11,998 bases of DNA from Candidatus Firestoneibacteriota bacterium. GTDB taxonomy: Bacteria > Oederibacteriota > D2-FULL-39-29 > JBBTED01. Below, piece after piece: positions 1-7,547 of the stretch (its first letter is position 1; each line of letters opens with the position of its first letter). The notes under the pieces are model-generated. The model had not been told where the DNA came from, searched no databases, and worked only from the letters and a program-made list of their open reading frames with translations. The stretch is taken from positions 1-11,998 of the forward strand of contig JBBTED010000141.1 of assembly GCA_038042445.1 (NCBI GenBank), written 5' to 3'. The translations under genes were made by a program, and so were the position numbers.

Positions 1-1318
1 CCCCGTCTGTTTCCCATGTTGGAAAATTATTATCCCATAGATGTTTTGAACAAAGGTTTTCAGGGGGTATTTTATCCATTTCAATTGATTCGTATTTATC
101 TGAAATTTTTTCTCCATTATTATAATATGGTGCAGTAAATTTATGCTGTCTAAATTCGGCAGGTATTCCAATAGCAAATTCTTTTATATGCATCCATCCA
201 TTTTTATTGCCTGCTAAATTATGCTCAATAATTTTGTCAGCATTTTTAACATATACATTATTTAAATATAAATTAGATTCAGGAAAAGCAAAAACAGTTT
301 TATTTTCATTTGCAGATGTTTCAAATATAATTTCACTGTCAACAAGATTCATTGTGTTATCAAATGGTGAGGAACCTTTTTTTAGAATTATAAGCGGTCC
401 GGATATTTTTGAAATTATTTTTAATCCTACAGCAGTAAATGAGCCACGATATTTTGAAATAATTGCTGCTTTAGTCTGATTTATCAGTGTAATTCCTGCC
501 ATTGTTGGTGTTGGCACGGAAAAACCATCTATATTCATAATTCCTATTTGTCCACCAATGATTGTAATGTTTTCCCAACTACCTCCATTTCCTGCTGCTC
601 CATCAAGACCTGCATATCCATTAGTTGCATCAATTGTAACATCTTGTATTCCAGAACCTTCTGCAGAATTCATACGTATACCAATAGCTCCAGAATTCCC
701 TTCACCTATAACAACATCAAGATTCACAATCATTGCATTAAAAATTACATTAAATTGTTGTTTTGACTGTTCAAAATCTGTATTAACATTCCCTTTATTA
801 TCAATGTTATATAATATATGCTGAATAAGATATTTTAGTTTCTCGGGATTGTTAAACCCTAAAGAATTTGCTGCAAGTAAAATTTTTGGTCTTGTTTTTC
901 CTTTAGTAGAGCCCATAAGAACACAAGGCATATTACCAAAGTAATTAATTCTTTTTAAATGAGAGCGAACATGTATTCCTGCCCTGCATACTAATGTATC
1001 AGAAATCTTATAGGTTCCAGAAGGGAAGAAACAAACCATCTGGCTATCCCGTGCAAAATTAATAGCATCTTGAAGAGCTTTTGTTGAATCTTTTTGGCCT
1101 GTTGGATCTGCATTAAATGGTTCTGCTGTTACATCAACTAATCCCATATTTGCAAGTTTTTTATTACCGAGTTCTTCTGGAATTTCTTGTTTAACACCAT
1201 CAGGAATTGGGGTGAGTATTGGCGGATAAACATAAGGCGAAAGATTATTTATATCTATTTCACCATATACAGTACTTATATTTATTATGCATAAAAATGT
1301 AATTAACAATAGTTTCAT
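1..1318 (-). CDS. Secreted right-handed beta-helix carbohydrate-active protein (Pectate_lyase_3 / GH55 / GH28-related), partial: runs off the window start
   Basis: Not in the ORF track because it has no stop inside the window. Manual translation from ATG 1318 (RBS-like AGGGGG at 1324-1329) gives MKLLLITFLCIINISTVYGEIDINN..., a signal peptide. It then has the Pectate_lyase_3-type motif GLVDVTAEPFNADPTGQKDSTKALQDAINFARDSQMVCFFPSGTYKISDTL and beta-helix-like segments (IGEGNSGAIGIRMNSAEGSGIQDVTID; GGSWENITIIGGQIGI). The frame is open to position 2 (...LCSKHLWDNNFPTWETDG). Confidence 0.85.
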   Translation of the reverse strand, partial: MKLLLITFLCIINISTVYGEIDINNLSPYVYPPILTPIPDGVKQEIPEELGNKKLANMGLVDVTAEPFNADPTGQKDSTKALQDAINFARDSQMVCFFPSGTYKISDTLVCRAGIHVRSHLKRINYFGNMPCVLMGSTKGKTRPKILLAANSLGFNNPEKLKYLIQHILYNIDNKGNVNTDFEQSKQQFNVIFNAMIVNLDVVIGEGNSGAIGIRMNSAEGSGIQDVTIDATNGYAGLDGAAGNGGSWENITIIGGQIGIMNIDGFSVPTPTMAGITLINQTKAAIISKYRGSFTAVGLKIISKISGPLIILKKGSSPFDNTMNLVDSEIIFETSANENKTVFAFPESNLYLNNVYVKNADKIIEHNLAGNKNGWMHIKEFAIGIPAEFRQHKFTAPYYNNGEKISDKYESIEMDKIPPENLCSKHLWDNNFPTWETDG

Positions 1319-1338
1319 ATCTGCCCCCTGTTTTTAGT

Positions 1339-1422
1339 TTTGTAGTCGCTCATTTATGAGCATAATTTAAAAGCCGATAAATCGGCAACTACAAAAAACT
1401 TAATGCGTTTGTATTAATTTGC
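1339..1422. repeat. 84-bp direct repeat, copy 1, containing a GTAG-type REP doublet (REPIN-like)
   Basis: TTTGTAGTCGCTCATTTATGAGC...GCCGATAAATCGGCAACTACAAA: two hairpins framed by GTAG/CTAC. Matches 3062-3145 at 82 of 84 positions. Confidence 0.9.
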
Positions 1423-1498
1423 GGTTCTTCTGGAAATGTTGTGGGTAAAAGAGAGAACCTTTATCTGTTACCCATCTTTTGATACAATCATCTAAGAC

Positions 1499-1518
1499 TT
1501 CGGCTGAGCTCAGCCGAA
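1499..1518. repeat. Perfect 20-bp GC-rich palindrome (REP-like; possible terminator or processing hairpin downstream of the LacI gene)
   Basis: TTCGGCTGAGCTCAGCCGAA is its own reverse complement and lies about 20 bp past the LacI stop codon. Confidence 0.7.
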
Positions 1519-1537
1519 CGCCCTGCTTACTAAATTT

Positions 1538-2557
1538 TCACATCCTCATATCCTTTAATTTATTTTTCAGATAAAAACCACAAGATTCTCTTACTACAAG
1601 TTCTGGTTCTATAATTATTTTTTGTATTGGCGCTTTATCTTTATTTTCTATTTTTTCCAAAATAACTTCTACTAATTTTTTGGCAATTTCCTTTTTTGAT
1701 GTATTCACAGTTGTTAAAGCAATGTTTAAATATTTTGCTTCTTCTATATCATCAAAACCTACAATAGCTATATCTTCTGGTACTTTTAATCCTGCTTCGT
1801 AAACGGCTCTCATAGCTCCAATAGCAGTCATATCATTAAAAGCAAACACTGCTTCTGGCTTATCTTTTAATAGTAAAATTTTTTTCATACCCTCATACCC
1901 ACTTTCTCTTGAATCTGTCGGTATTACATCTCCTAATTGTTTAATCCATTCATTATTCATAATCAAATTGTTTTGATATATAATATCTCTATATCCTGCA
2001 TATCGTTTTGTTCCTATATACCCGATAAAACCAAATTTTTTATATCCGGATTTTATTAAATGCTGAGCTACTAAAACTCCACCTTTATATTCATCTATTT
2101 CAACATAATCTATATCTATGGGATATCCCATAAACTTATACAAAACTATCGGGATTTTTTCATCCTGTAATCTAATAACTTCTTCTATATTGAATTGTGT
2201 TGCAATTATTCCATCAACTTTTCTATTTAAAAGAATATCTATAGCATCCTGATTTTTTTCAAAAATCTCAATTGGCAGATAAAATCCTATATAGTTTTTA
2301 TCTTTAAGATTGAGTTGAATTTCTCTGACAAGTTCTCCGTAAAAAGAATGTGTAATTGATGGAAAAATAATTCCAATTGTCCATGTTTTTCCTGTAGCAA
2401 GATTTTTTGCAATTACATTTGGTCTGTATTTAACAACGCGGACAAAATCCTTTATTTTTTCTTTAGTAATATCACTTATCTTTGGCGAATCACTAAGAGC
2501 TAAAGAAACTGTAGCTATAGAAACATTTAAAGTCTCTGCAATTTCCTTTTGTGTCAT
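1538..2557 (-). CDS. LacI-family transcriptional regulator
   Basis: N-terminal HTH TQKEIAETLNVSIATVSLAL, hinge YRPNVIAKNL, and sugar-binding domain motifs (AVFAFNDMTAIGAMRA, VPEDIAIVGFDD, LTTV, PELVVRESC). ATG 2557 follows AGAAAGGTG; GTG 2563 is an alternative start. Confidence 0.95.
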   Translation of the reverse strand: MTQKEIAETLNVSIATVSLALSDSPKISDITKEKIKDFVRVVKYRPNVIAKNLATGKTWTIGIIFPSITHSFYGELVREIQLNLKDKNYIGFYLPIEIFEKNQDAIDILLNRKVDGIIATQFNIEEVIRLQDEKIPIVLYKFMGYPIDIDYVEIDEYKGGVLVAQHLIKSGYKKFGFIGYIGTKRYAGYRDIIYQNNLIMNNEWIKQLGDVIPTDSRESGYEGMKKILLLKDKPEAVFAFNDMTAIGAMRAVYEAGLKVPEDIAIVGFDDIEEAKYLNIALTTVNTSKKEIAKKLVEVILEKIENKDKAPIQKIIIEPELVVRESCGFYLKNKLKDMRM

Positions 2558-2596
2558 AATCACCTTTCTATAACAGAACTGTTTACATTTTGCTTA

Positions 2597-2655
2597 TTTA
2601 AACGAATGACATATTAGCATATAGTGCATATAATTACATTATTTAACCGCTTTAC
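2597..2655. promoter_or_regulatory. Two putative LacI-type operators (TTTAAACGAATGAC 2597-2610; TTTAACCGCTTTAC 2642-2655)
   Basis: Both are 14-mers with a central CG and resemble the LacI-family TnAAnCGnTTnA pseudo-palindrome. They are 45 bp apart, and the second overlaps the predicted +1 of the LacI promoter. Confidence 0.55.
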
Positions 2656-2659
2656 TAAT

Positions 2660-2687
2660 AGTATAACACAATTCACGAAAAAGTCAA
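2660..2687 (-). promoter_or_regulatory. Sigma70-type promoter for the LacI gene
   Basis: Minus strand reads TTGACT-N16-TATACT with an extended -10 (TGnTATACT). Confidence 0.65.
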
Positions 2688-2759
2688 GTATTTTTTGCAG
2701 GAAAACGAAAATGGATATATATATAATAGTAGAACTGATGGGATATTTACTTTTGAATT

Positions 2760-2977
2760 TTAAATGCCAGATAAAGGTAACTTTATTGCAAAAGTTGTAC
2801 CTTTTCCAATTGTGCTTTCAACAGTAATTGTTCCATTATGTTTTTGTATAATTTCATAACACAAACTTAATCCTAAGCCTGTACCTCTTCCATATTTTTT
2901 GTCTCAGAACTCATATTTCGCAAAACAGAATCACACTCAGCCATTTCTTTTAATGTAAAGTTTGCTAAATCGTACAT
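2760..2977 (-). pseudogene. Sensor histidine kinase remnant with a large internal deletion and frameshift
   Basis: GGAGG RBS (2984-2988) and ATG 2977 give [34 protein letters not shown] (stop at 2873-2875). A different frame from 2885 gives [41 protein letters not shown], the G2 box and C-terminus of a HATPase_c domain. Confidence 0.85.
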
Positions 2978-3061
2978 TTTATACCTCCTACATTTTTAAT
3001 TCGTATTGTGAAAAGTTTTTAACAATATTCCTTTATTTCTTTAATTACATGTATTTTAAAA

Positions 3062-3145
3062 TTTGTAGTCGCTCATTTATGAGCATAATTTAAAAGCCGA
3101 TAAATCGGCAACTACAAAAAACTTAATACGTTTGTATTAGTTTGC
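3062..3145. repeat. 84-bp direct repeat, copy 2 (GTAG-type REP doublet)
   Basis: Matches 1339-1422 at 82 of 84 positions, same orientation. Confidence 0.9.
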
Positions 3146-3328
3146 TTTTAATCCCCTGTTTTAAGTTCCCTCTCCCTTATGAAAGAGATTTAACCTTTAT
3201 TTATCAGTATTTATGAAATTTTCTTTCATAAAACTTTTTACATTACTTTTTAATTACTACTAAATATATAACATATCACATTTGAAATTGCATTATATTC
3301 CTATATAATTTGGTAATGGGTTAGTAAA

Positions 3329-3393
3329 GAGATTGTTCGCATAGGCGAATCTGCCTTTGGTATGACTTCGTCGCTACTGTTTTTCGCAATGAC
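3329..3393. repeat. Degenerate GAGATTG/CTTCG...TCGCAATGAC-type REP interrupted by a second palindrome
   Basis: GAGATTG[TTCGCATAGGCGAATCTGCCTTTGGTATGA]CTTCGTCGCTACTGTTTTTCGCAATGAC. The flanks rejoin to a sequence resembling the REP arms at 4485-4512 and 7618-7645 (GAGATTCTTCGCT...AATGAC). The insert has an AGGCG...TGCCT stem. Confidence 0.55.
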
Positions 3394-3438
3394 ACCTCCG
3401 CTTGTAATTGATACATTACAAACTTCACTAATATCTTC

Positions 3439-3467
3439 TTGCGTAACAATAAAATTTCTTTTAGAAT
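3439..3467 (+). promoter_or_regulatory. Sigma70-type promoter of the DUF559 nuclease gene (near-leaderless)
   Basis: TTGCGT-N17-TAGAAT, ending 11 nt before ATG 3479, with no Shine-Dalgarno sequence. Confidence 0.5.
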
Positions 3468-3478
3468 GGTTTCTTGCA

Positions 3479-4222
3479 ATGAATAATTTTAAAAGCAAAT
3501 CGGGTTCAAAAAATATGGTACTTGTTGGTGTCCTTAACAGGCATAAAGATTTTGAGATCGCAAAAAATCTGCATTGGTATAGAATACCTGTTAAAAAATG
3601 TCCTAAAAAATCAGTGGATTACATTGCGTTTTATCAAACTTCTTGTTTTGGAAAAAATGGAAAATTCATAAAGTATTATGCAAAAGTACTTAAAATAAAT
3701 AAAATTAAACGTATAAAATTATTACCTGATGAAAGAAAACATCCAAGAAGGCAAAAGTTATATTATAAATTTAGCATCTCTAATTTGAAATTATTACCTC
3801 AAATTATTTTGAATAGAACACGACGCAGAGTAAGTTTTACCTATACAACATTAAATCAATTGTTTAATTCAAAAGAAATAAGTGAAGTTTTTGATACACC
3901 TGCATTAGAGGAAATCCTATGTCTGGAATTGAAACGTTTTAAAATTCCATTCAAACGGGAATATTGTATTTATAAAAATCGTAAACTTCTTTATCGTCTT
4001 GATATTGCAATATTTTGTTCAAATGGTAAAATTGCAATTGAATGTGATAATGAGAAATGGCATTTTCTACGTAAACAAAAAATCAAGGATATCAAGAGAG
4101 ATAAATATTTAAAGAAAATAGGATGGAAAGTTTTAAGATTTACAGGAAGTGAAATTATAAACAATTTGGCTAAGTGTATACAACAGATTTATGGTTTGGT
4201 GGAAAAAGTAAACCATAGTTAA
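3479..4222 (+). CDS. DUF559/Vsr-like PD-(D/E)XK endonuclease with an N-terminal accessory (possibly PUA/EVE-like) domain
   Basis: C-terminal ~100 aa reads LEEIL...FKREY...YRLDIA...KIAIECDNEKWH...KDIKRDKYLKKIGWKVLRFTGSEI, the DUF559 pattern. N-terminal ~140 aa reads VLVGVLNRHKDFEIAKNLHWYRIPV...DYIAFYQT..FG...IKYYAKV...HPR...YYKF...RRRVSFTYTT. Start chosen at ATG 3479; ATG 3515 is possible. Confidence 0.85.
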   Translation: MNNFKSKSGSKNMVLVGVLNRHKDFEIAKNLHWYRIPVKKCPKKSVDYIAFYQTSCFGKNGKFIKYYAKVLKINKIKRIKLLPDERKHPRRQKLYYKFSISNLKLLPQIILNRTRRRVSFTYTTLNQLFNSKEISEVFDTPALEEILCLELKRFKIPFKREYCIYKNRKLLYRLDIAIFCSNGKIAIECDNEKWHFLRKQKIKDIKRDKYLKKIGWKVLRFTGSEIINNLAKCIQQIYGLVEKVNHS

Positions 4223-4231
4223 CAAATTTAT

Positions 4232-4260
4232 TTGCACTATGTTTCGTTAAATGATAAAAT
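4232..4260 (+). promoter_or_regulatory. Sigma70-type promoter facing the REP cluster and mnmG
   Basis: TTGCAC-N17-TAAAAT with an extended -10 (TGATAAAAT). Confidence 0.5.
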
Positions 4261-4313
4261 AATTTAACTATTTACTTAACAAATTTTGAAATAATTGAAA
4301 TAATGGGTTGCTC

Positions 4314-4582
4314 TGTCATGCTGAATTTACTTCAGCATCTATTGTCCTGTCCCTAACAGTTCTTTACATTTGATGTAACAGATGTGGTTAGCCAAGTTAA
4401 GGAAGTAGTAAAATGTTAAGGCTATTTGAAGCTGTCTGTCATTCTGAACGAAGTGAAGAATCCAGTTTCATTAGTATTTAAAAGGAGATTCTTCGCTATG
4501 CTCAGAATGACAACAAATGCCAAGAGATTTATGGGACACCACACTAGTAATTTTAGATCCTGAAACAAGTTCAGGAATGACA
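4314..4582. mobile_element. Nested REP/MITE composite (outer REP doublet, MITE-like middle element, inner REP doublet)
   Basis: Outer arms: TGTCATGCTGAATTTACTTCAGCATCT (4314-4340) and AGATCCTGAAACAAGTTCAGGAATGACA (4555-4582). Middle imperfect TIRs: CTATTGTCCTGTCCCTAA (4339-4356) and TTATGGGACACCACACTAG (4529-4547). Inner arms: TGTCATTCTGAACGAAGTGAAGAATC (4437-4462) and GATTCTTCGCTATGCTCAGAATGACA (4487-4512). Confidence 0.75.
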
Positions 4583-4824
4583 AAAAATTAATTCAGAACT
4601 TACTCTAAATTAATTTCAAGAATTATTATATCCGTATTGAATTAGCAAATGGAATTATAGTAACATTAAATAGTGGTGCAAATGACTAATTTATAAGCAT
4701 ATATAAGTTAAAAAGTGGAGTATTGAAGTAGCATATTATGTATATTATTGATATAAGTAGAGTTTTGCTGTATCTTGTGTATAATTTAAATAGTATACTA
4801 ACACTAAATTATTAGGTGGATTAT

Positions 4825-6693
4825 ATGATACAACATAATAAGAAATATGATGTGATAGTGGTTGGAGCAGGACATTCAGGTATTGAATCTGCTTTGGCAG
4901 TGGCGCGGATGTGTTGTAAAACTGTAATATTTACATTGAATTTGGATAATATAGGCCAGATGTCATGTAACCCTGCTATTGGTGGAATGGCAAAAGGGCA
5001 TTTAGTCAAAGAAATAGACGCTATTGGTGGTGAAATGGGTAAAGTAATAGATAAAACAGGTATTCAATTCAGAATGCTTAATACAAAAAAAGGTCCTGCT
5101 GTTCAGTCATTACGCGCGCAGGCTGATAAAAAAGCATATCAATTAACAATGAAATATATTTTAGAAAATGAACCAAATCTTGATGTTAAACAGGCATTAA
5201 TTGAAAAATTGGTAGTTGAAGGAAAACAAGTAAAAGGTGTTGTTACTTCTACTGGTGTATTTTATCAGGCAAAAGCAGTAATTTTAGCTCCGGGAACATT
5301 TATGAAGGGTCTTATTCACATAGGTGAGGTTTCATTTTCTGCAGGAAGATCAGGAGAATTTTCAGCAGAAAAAATTTCAGATAATTTAAGAGAACTTGGG
5401 TTTGAAATGGGTAGATTAAAAACAGGAACAAATCCTAGAGTTAATGCAAATACAATTGATTTTTCAAAAACAAAAATGCAGGAAGGAGATACTCCTCCTA
5501 TTCCTTTTTCATTTACTACAGAAAAAATTACACAAGAACAATTGCCTTGTTATATTACTTATACTACTACTCTAACACATGAAATCATACGGAAAAATAT
5601 ACACAGATCTCCACTTTACAGTGGTAGAATAAAAGGAGTTGGTCCAAGATATTGTCCTTCTATTGAAGATAAAGTGATGAAATTTCCGGAAAAGCAAGCA
5701 CATCAGATATTTCTTGAGCCTGAAGGTGTCCATACAAAAGAAGTTTATTTGAATGGATTGTCTACAAGTTTGCCTGAAGATGTTCAGCTTGAATTTTTAC
5801 AGACAATTCCAGGTTTGGAAAATGTTGAAATAATGCGTCCTGGTTATGCTATAGAATATGATTTTGTATTGCCTACTCAACTAAAACCTACACTTGAGAC
5901 AAAATTAATAGATAATTTGTATTTAGCTGGACAAATAAATGGGACATCAGGTTATGAAGAAGCTGCTGCACAAGGACTAATTGCAGGTATTAATGCATCA
6001 TTAAAATTACAAGAAAAAACACCATTTGTATTGGACAGGTCAGAAGCATACATAGGTGTTTTAGTTGATGATTTAGTTACAAAAGGAACTTCTGAGCCGT
6101 ATAGAATGTTTACTTCAAGAGCTGAATATCGACTTATTTTAAGGCAGGATAATGCTGATTTGAGGCTTATGGATAAAGGTTATCAATTTGGACTTATTCC
6201 AAAAGAGCAATATAAAAAATTCATCCAAAAAAAAGAACTTATTGAACAAGAGATAAAAAGATTACAAGAAACAAGGATAAAGCCAACAAACGAAATACAG
6301 GAATTATTTAAAACATTAACAGGAACTAATTTGAATGAAAGTATATCTTTAGCACAATTACTTAAAAGGTCTGAAATAGATTATGCTTCTCTTAAAAAGC
6401 TTTGTTCTGATGGATTTATTGACCTACCTGCTGAAGTTATAGCACAAGTGGAAATACATATTAAATATGAAGGATATATAAAAAGGCAATTAGAACAAGT
6501 GGAACAATTCAAAAAACTTGAAAATATAAAGATACCTGCAGATTTTGATTACAAAAAATGTTATGGTTTATCTACTGAAAGCTCTGAAAAGCTTACAAAG
6601 ATAAAACCTGCATCAATTGGCCAGGCATCCAGAATTTCAGGAGTTTCTCCTGCAGACACAACAGTGCTTTTAATAAATTTGAAAAAATTGTAG
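4825..6693 (+). CDS. mnmG: tRNA uridine-5-carboxymethylaminomethyl(34) synthesis enzyme MnmG (GidA)
   Basis: FAD motif [12 protein letters not shown], plus [37 protein letters not shown] and [17 protein letters not shown] 4825 follows AGGTGG; GTG 4816 is an alternative start. Confidence 0.98.
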   Translation: MIQHNKKYDVIVVGAGHSGIESALAVARMCCKTVIFTLNLDNIGQMSCNPAIGGMAKGHLVKEIDAIGGEMGKVIDKTGIQFRMLNTKKGPAVQSLRAQADKKAYQLTMKYILENEPNLDVKQALIEKLVVEGKQVKGVVTSTGVFYQAKAVILAPGTFMKGLIHIGEVSFSAGRSGEFSAEKISDNLRELGFEMGRLKTGTNPRVNANTIDFSKTKMQEGDTPPIPFSFTTEKITQEQLPCYITYTTTLTHEIIRKNIHRSPLYSGRIKGVGPRYCPSIEDKVMKFPEKQAHQIFLEPEGVHTKEVYLNGLSTSLPEDVQLEFLQTIPGLENVEIMRPGYAIEYDFVLPTQLKPTLETKLIDNLYLAGQINGTSGYEEAAAQGLIAGINASLKLQEKTPFVLDRSEAYIGVLVDDLVTKGTSEPYRMFTSRAEYRLILRQDNADLRLMDKGYQFGLIPKEQYKKFIQKKELIEQEIKRLQETRIKPTNEIQELFKTLTGTNLNESISLAQLLKRSEIDYASLKKLCSDGFIDLPAEVIAQVEIHIKYEGYIKRQLEQVEQFKKLENIKIPADFDYKKCYGLSTESSEKLTKIKPASIGQASRISGVSPADTTVLLINLKKL

Positions 6694-6720
6694 GGAACGG
6701 TTTTAAACCATTCCCTACAA
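6688..6720. repeat. GTAG-type REP palindrome overlapping the mnmG stop codon
   Basis: TTGTAGGGAACGGTTTTAAACCATTCCCTACAA has 16-bp arms with one mismatch. The TAG stop (6691-6693) lies inside its GTAG. Confidence 0.85.
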
Positions 6721-6742
6721 CAAATTATTTTGTTGTCTATTC

Positions 6743-6793
6743 GTAGGGGCGAGTTTACTCGCCCAATAAATGGGCAGGTAAACCTGCCCCTAC
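6743..6793. repeat. GTAG-type REP doublet (REPIN-like)
   Basis: GTAGGGGCGAGTTTACTCGCCC-AATAAAT-GGGCAGGTAAACCTGCCCCTAC: two inverted hairpin units with GTAG/CTAC ends. Confidence 0.85.
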
Positions 6794-6824
6794 AGGAAAA
6801 ATTGCAAAAAGCGGGATTATCAAT

Positions 6825-7511
6825 ATGTTATCAAAACAAGAATTAAATCTATTGGTTAATGGTGCAAAAGAGTTAAATATTACACTTTCAGATACACAAA
6901 TACAGCAATTTGATATTTATTTAGATGAACTGCAGAAGTGGAATGCGAGTATAAATTTGACAGGGTTAAAGACAAAAGATGATATAATCATTAAACATTT
7001 CATTGATTCTTTAAGTTGTGGACAAGTCTTAGAAGAATATTATCCACAGGATATATCAAATCTGTGGATAATTGATATAGGCTCAGGTGCAGGATTCCCA
7101 GGCATTCCTATTAAAATATGCTATAATATTAAAAAATTAGTACTTTTAGATTCTTCTAAAAAGAAAATATCATTTCTCAAATTTATTACAAACAAATTAA
7201 ATTTACCAAATGTGATGTTTTTATATGGAAGAGCAGAAGATTATATGCAAAATTCAGATTGTAAATCTAAGTTTGATGTTGTATTTGCAAGGGCATTTGC
7301 AAAATTAAAGTTATCCATAGAAATTGCATTGCCCTTTGTTAAAAAAGATGGTTTGTTGGTATTTCAAAAAGGAATAAACGTTTTTGATGAAATAGAAGGC
7401 GAAGAAAACAATATTGAAGAATTCGGCGGCAAAATAACAGAAGTTAAAAAAATCAAAATCCCCTTTCTTGACCAAATCCGCCATTTGGTAGTTATCAAAA
7501 AAATCAAATAG
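6825..7511 (+). CDS. rsmG: 16S rRNA (guanine(527)-N7)-methyltransferase RsmG (GidB)
   Basis: WN..INLTG, KHFIDSL, SAM-binding IDIGSGAGFPGIP, LLDSSKKKISFL, GRAED, FDVVFARA. Lies directly after mnmG. Confidence 0.97.
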   Translation: MLSKQELNLLVNGAKELNITLSDTQIQQFDIYLDELQKWNASINLTGLKTKDDIIIKHFIDSLSCGQVLEEYYPQDISNLWIIDIGSGAGFPGIPIKICYNIKKLVLLDSSKKKISFLKFITNKLNLPNVMFLYGRAEDYMQNSDCKSKFDVVFARAFAKLKLSIEIALPFVKKDGLLVFQKGINVFDEIEGEENNIEEFGGKITEVKKIKIPFLDQIRHLVVIKKIK

Positions 7512-7527
7512 ATGTGAATTCTCAAAA

Positions 7528-7543
7528 TGTTCCACGTGGAACA
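7528..7543. other. parS centromere site
   Basis: TGTTCCACGTGGAACA matches the canonical parS (TGTTTCACGTGAAACA family). It extends to a perfect 26-bp palindrome at 7523-7548, upstream of parA. Confidence 0.93.
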
Positions 7544-7547
7544 TTTT

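Noticed and set aside
207..824. Track ORFs 207-479, 548-766 and 558-824 (+)
   Set aside because: Antisense shadows of the long minus-strand beta-helix gene, with no recognisable motifs.
1442..1474. Inverted repeat TGGGTAAAAGA / TCTGTTACCCA as a terminator or riboswitch
   Set aside because: An imperfect 11-bp stem with no recognisable RNA family. Any U-run is on the + strand, opposite to the flanking genes.
2624..2827. Track ORF 2624-2827 (+)
   Set aside because: Overlaps the LacI promoter, is antisense to the kinase remnant, and has no RBS or motif.
1325..3167. CCCCTGTTTT(T/A)AGTT at 1325-1339 and 3153-3167 as a target duplication or att site around the LacI segment
   Set aside because: It matches at 14 of 15 positions but is low-complexity, includes the enzyme gene's RBS, and is offset from the right repeat end. 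No integrase is present, so chance cannot be excluded.
2990..3330. oriC at the gene-strand switch
   Set aside because: AT-rich and divergent, but I found no convincing DnaA-box cluster.
3301..3498. Track ORF 3301-3498 (-) and the 3362-3478 N-terminal extension of the nuclease
   Set aside because: Both come from translating through the REP at 3329-3393 and the promoter; the nuclease-like sequence starts after 3479.
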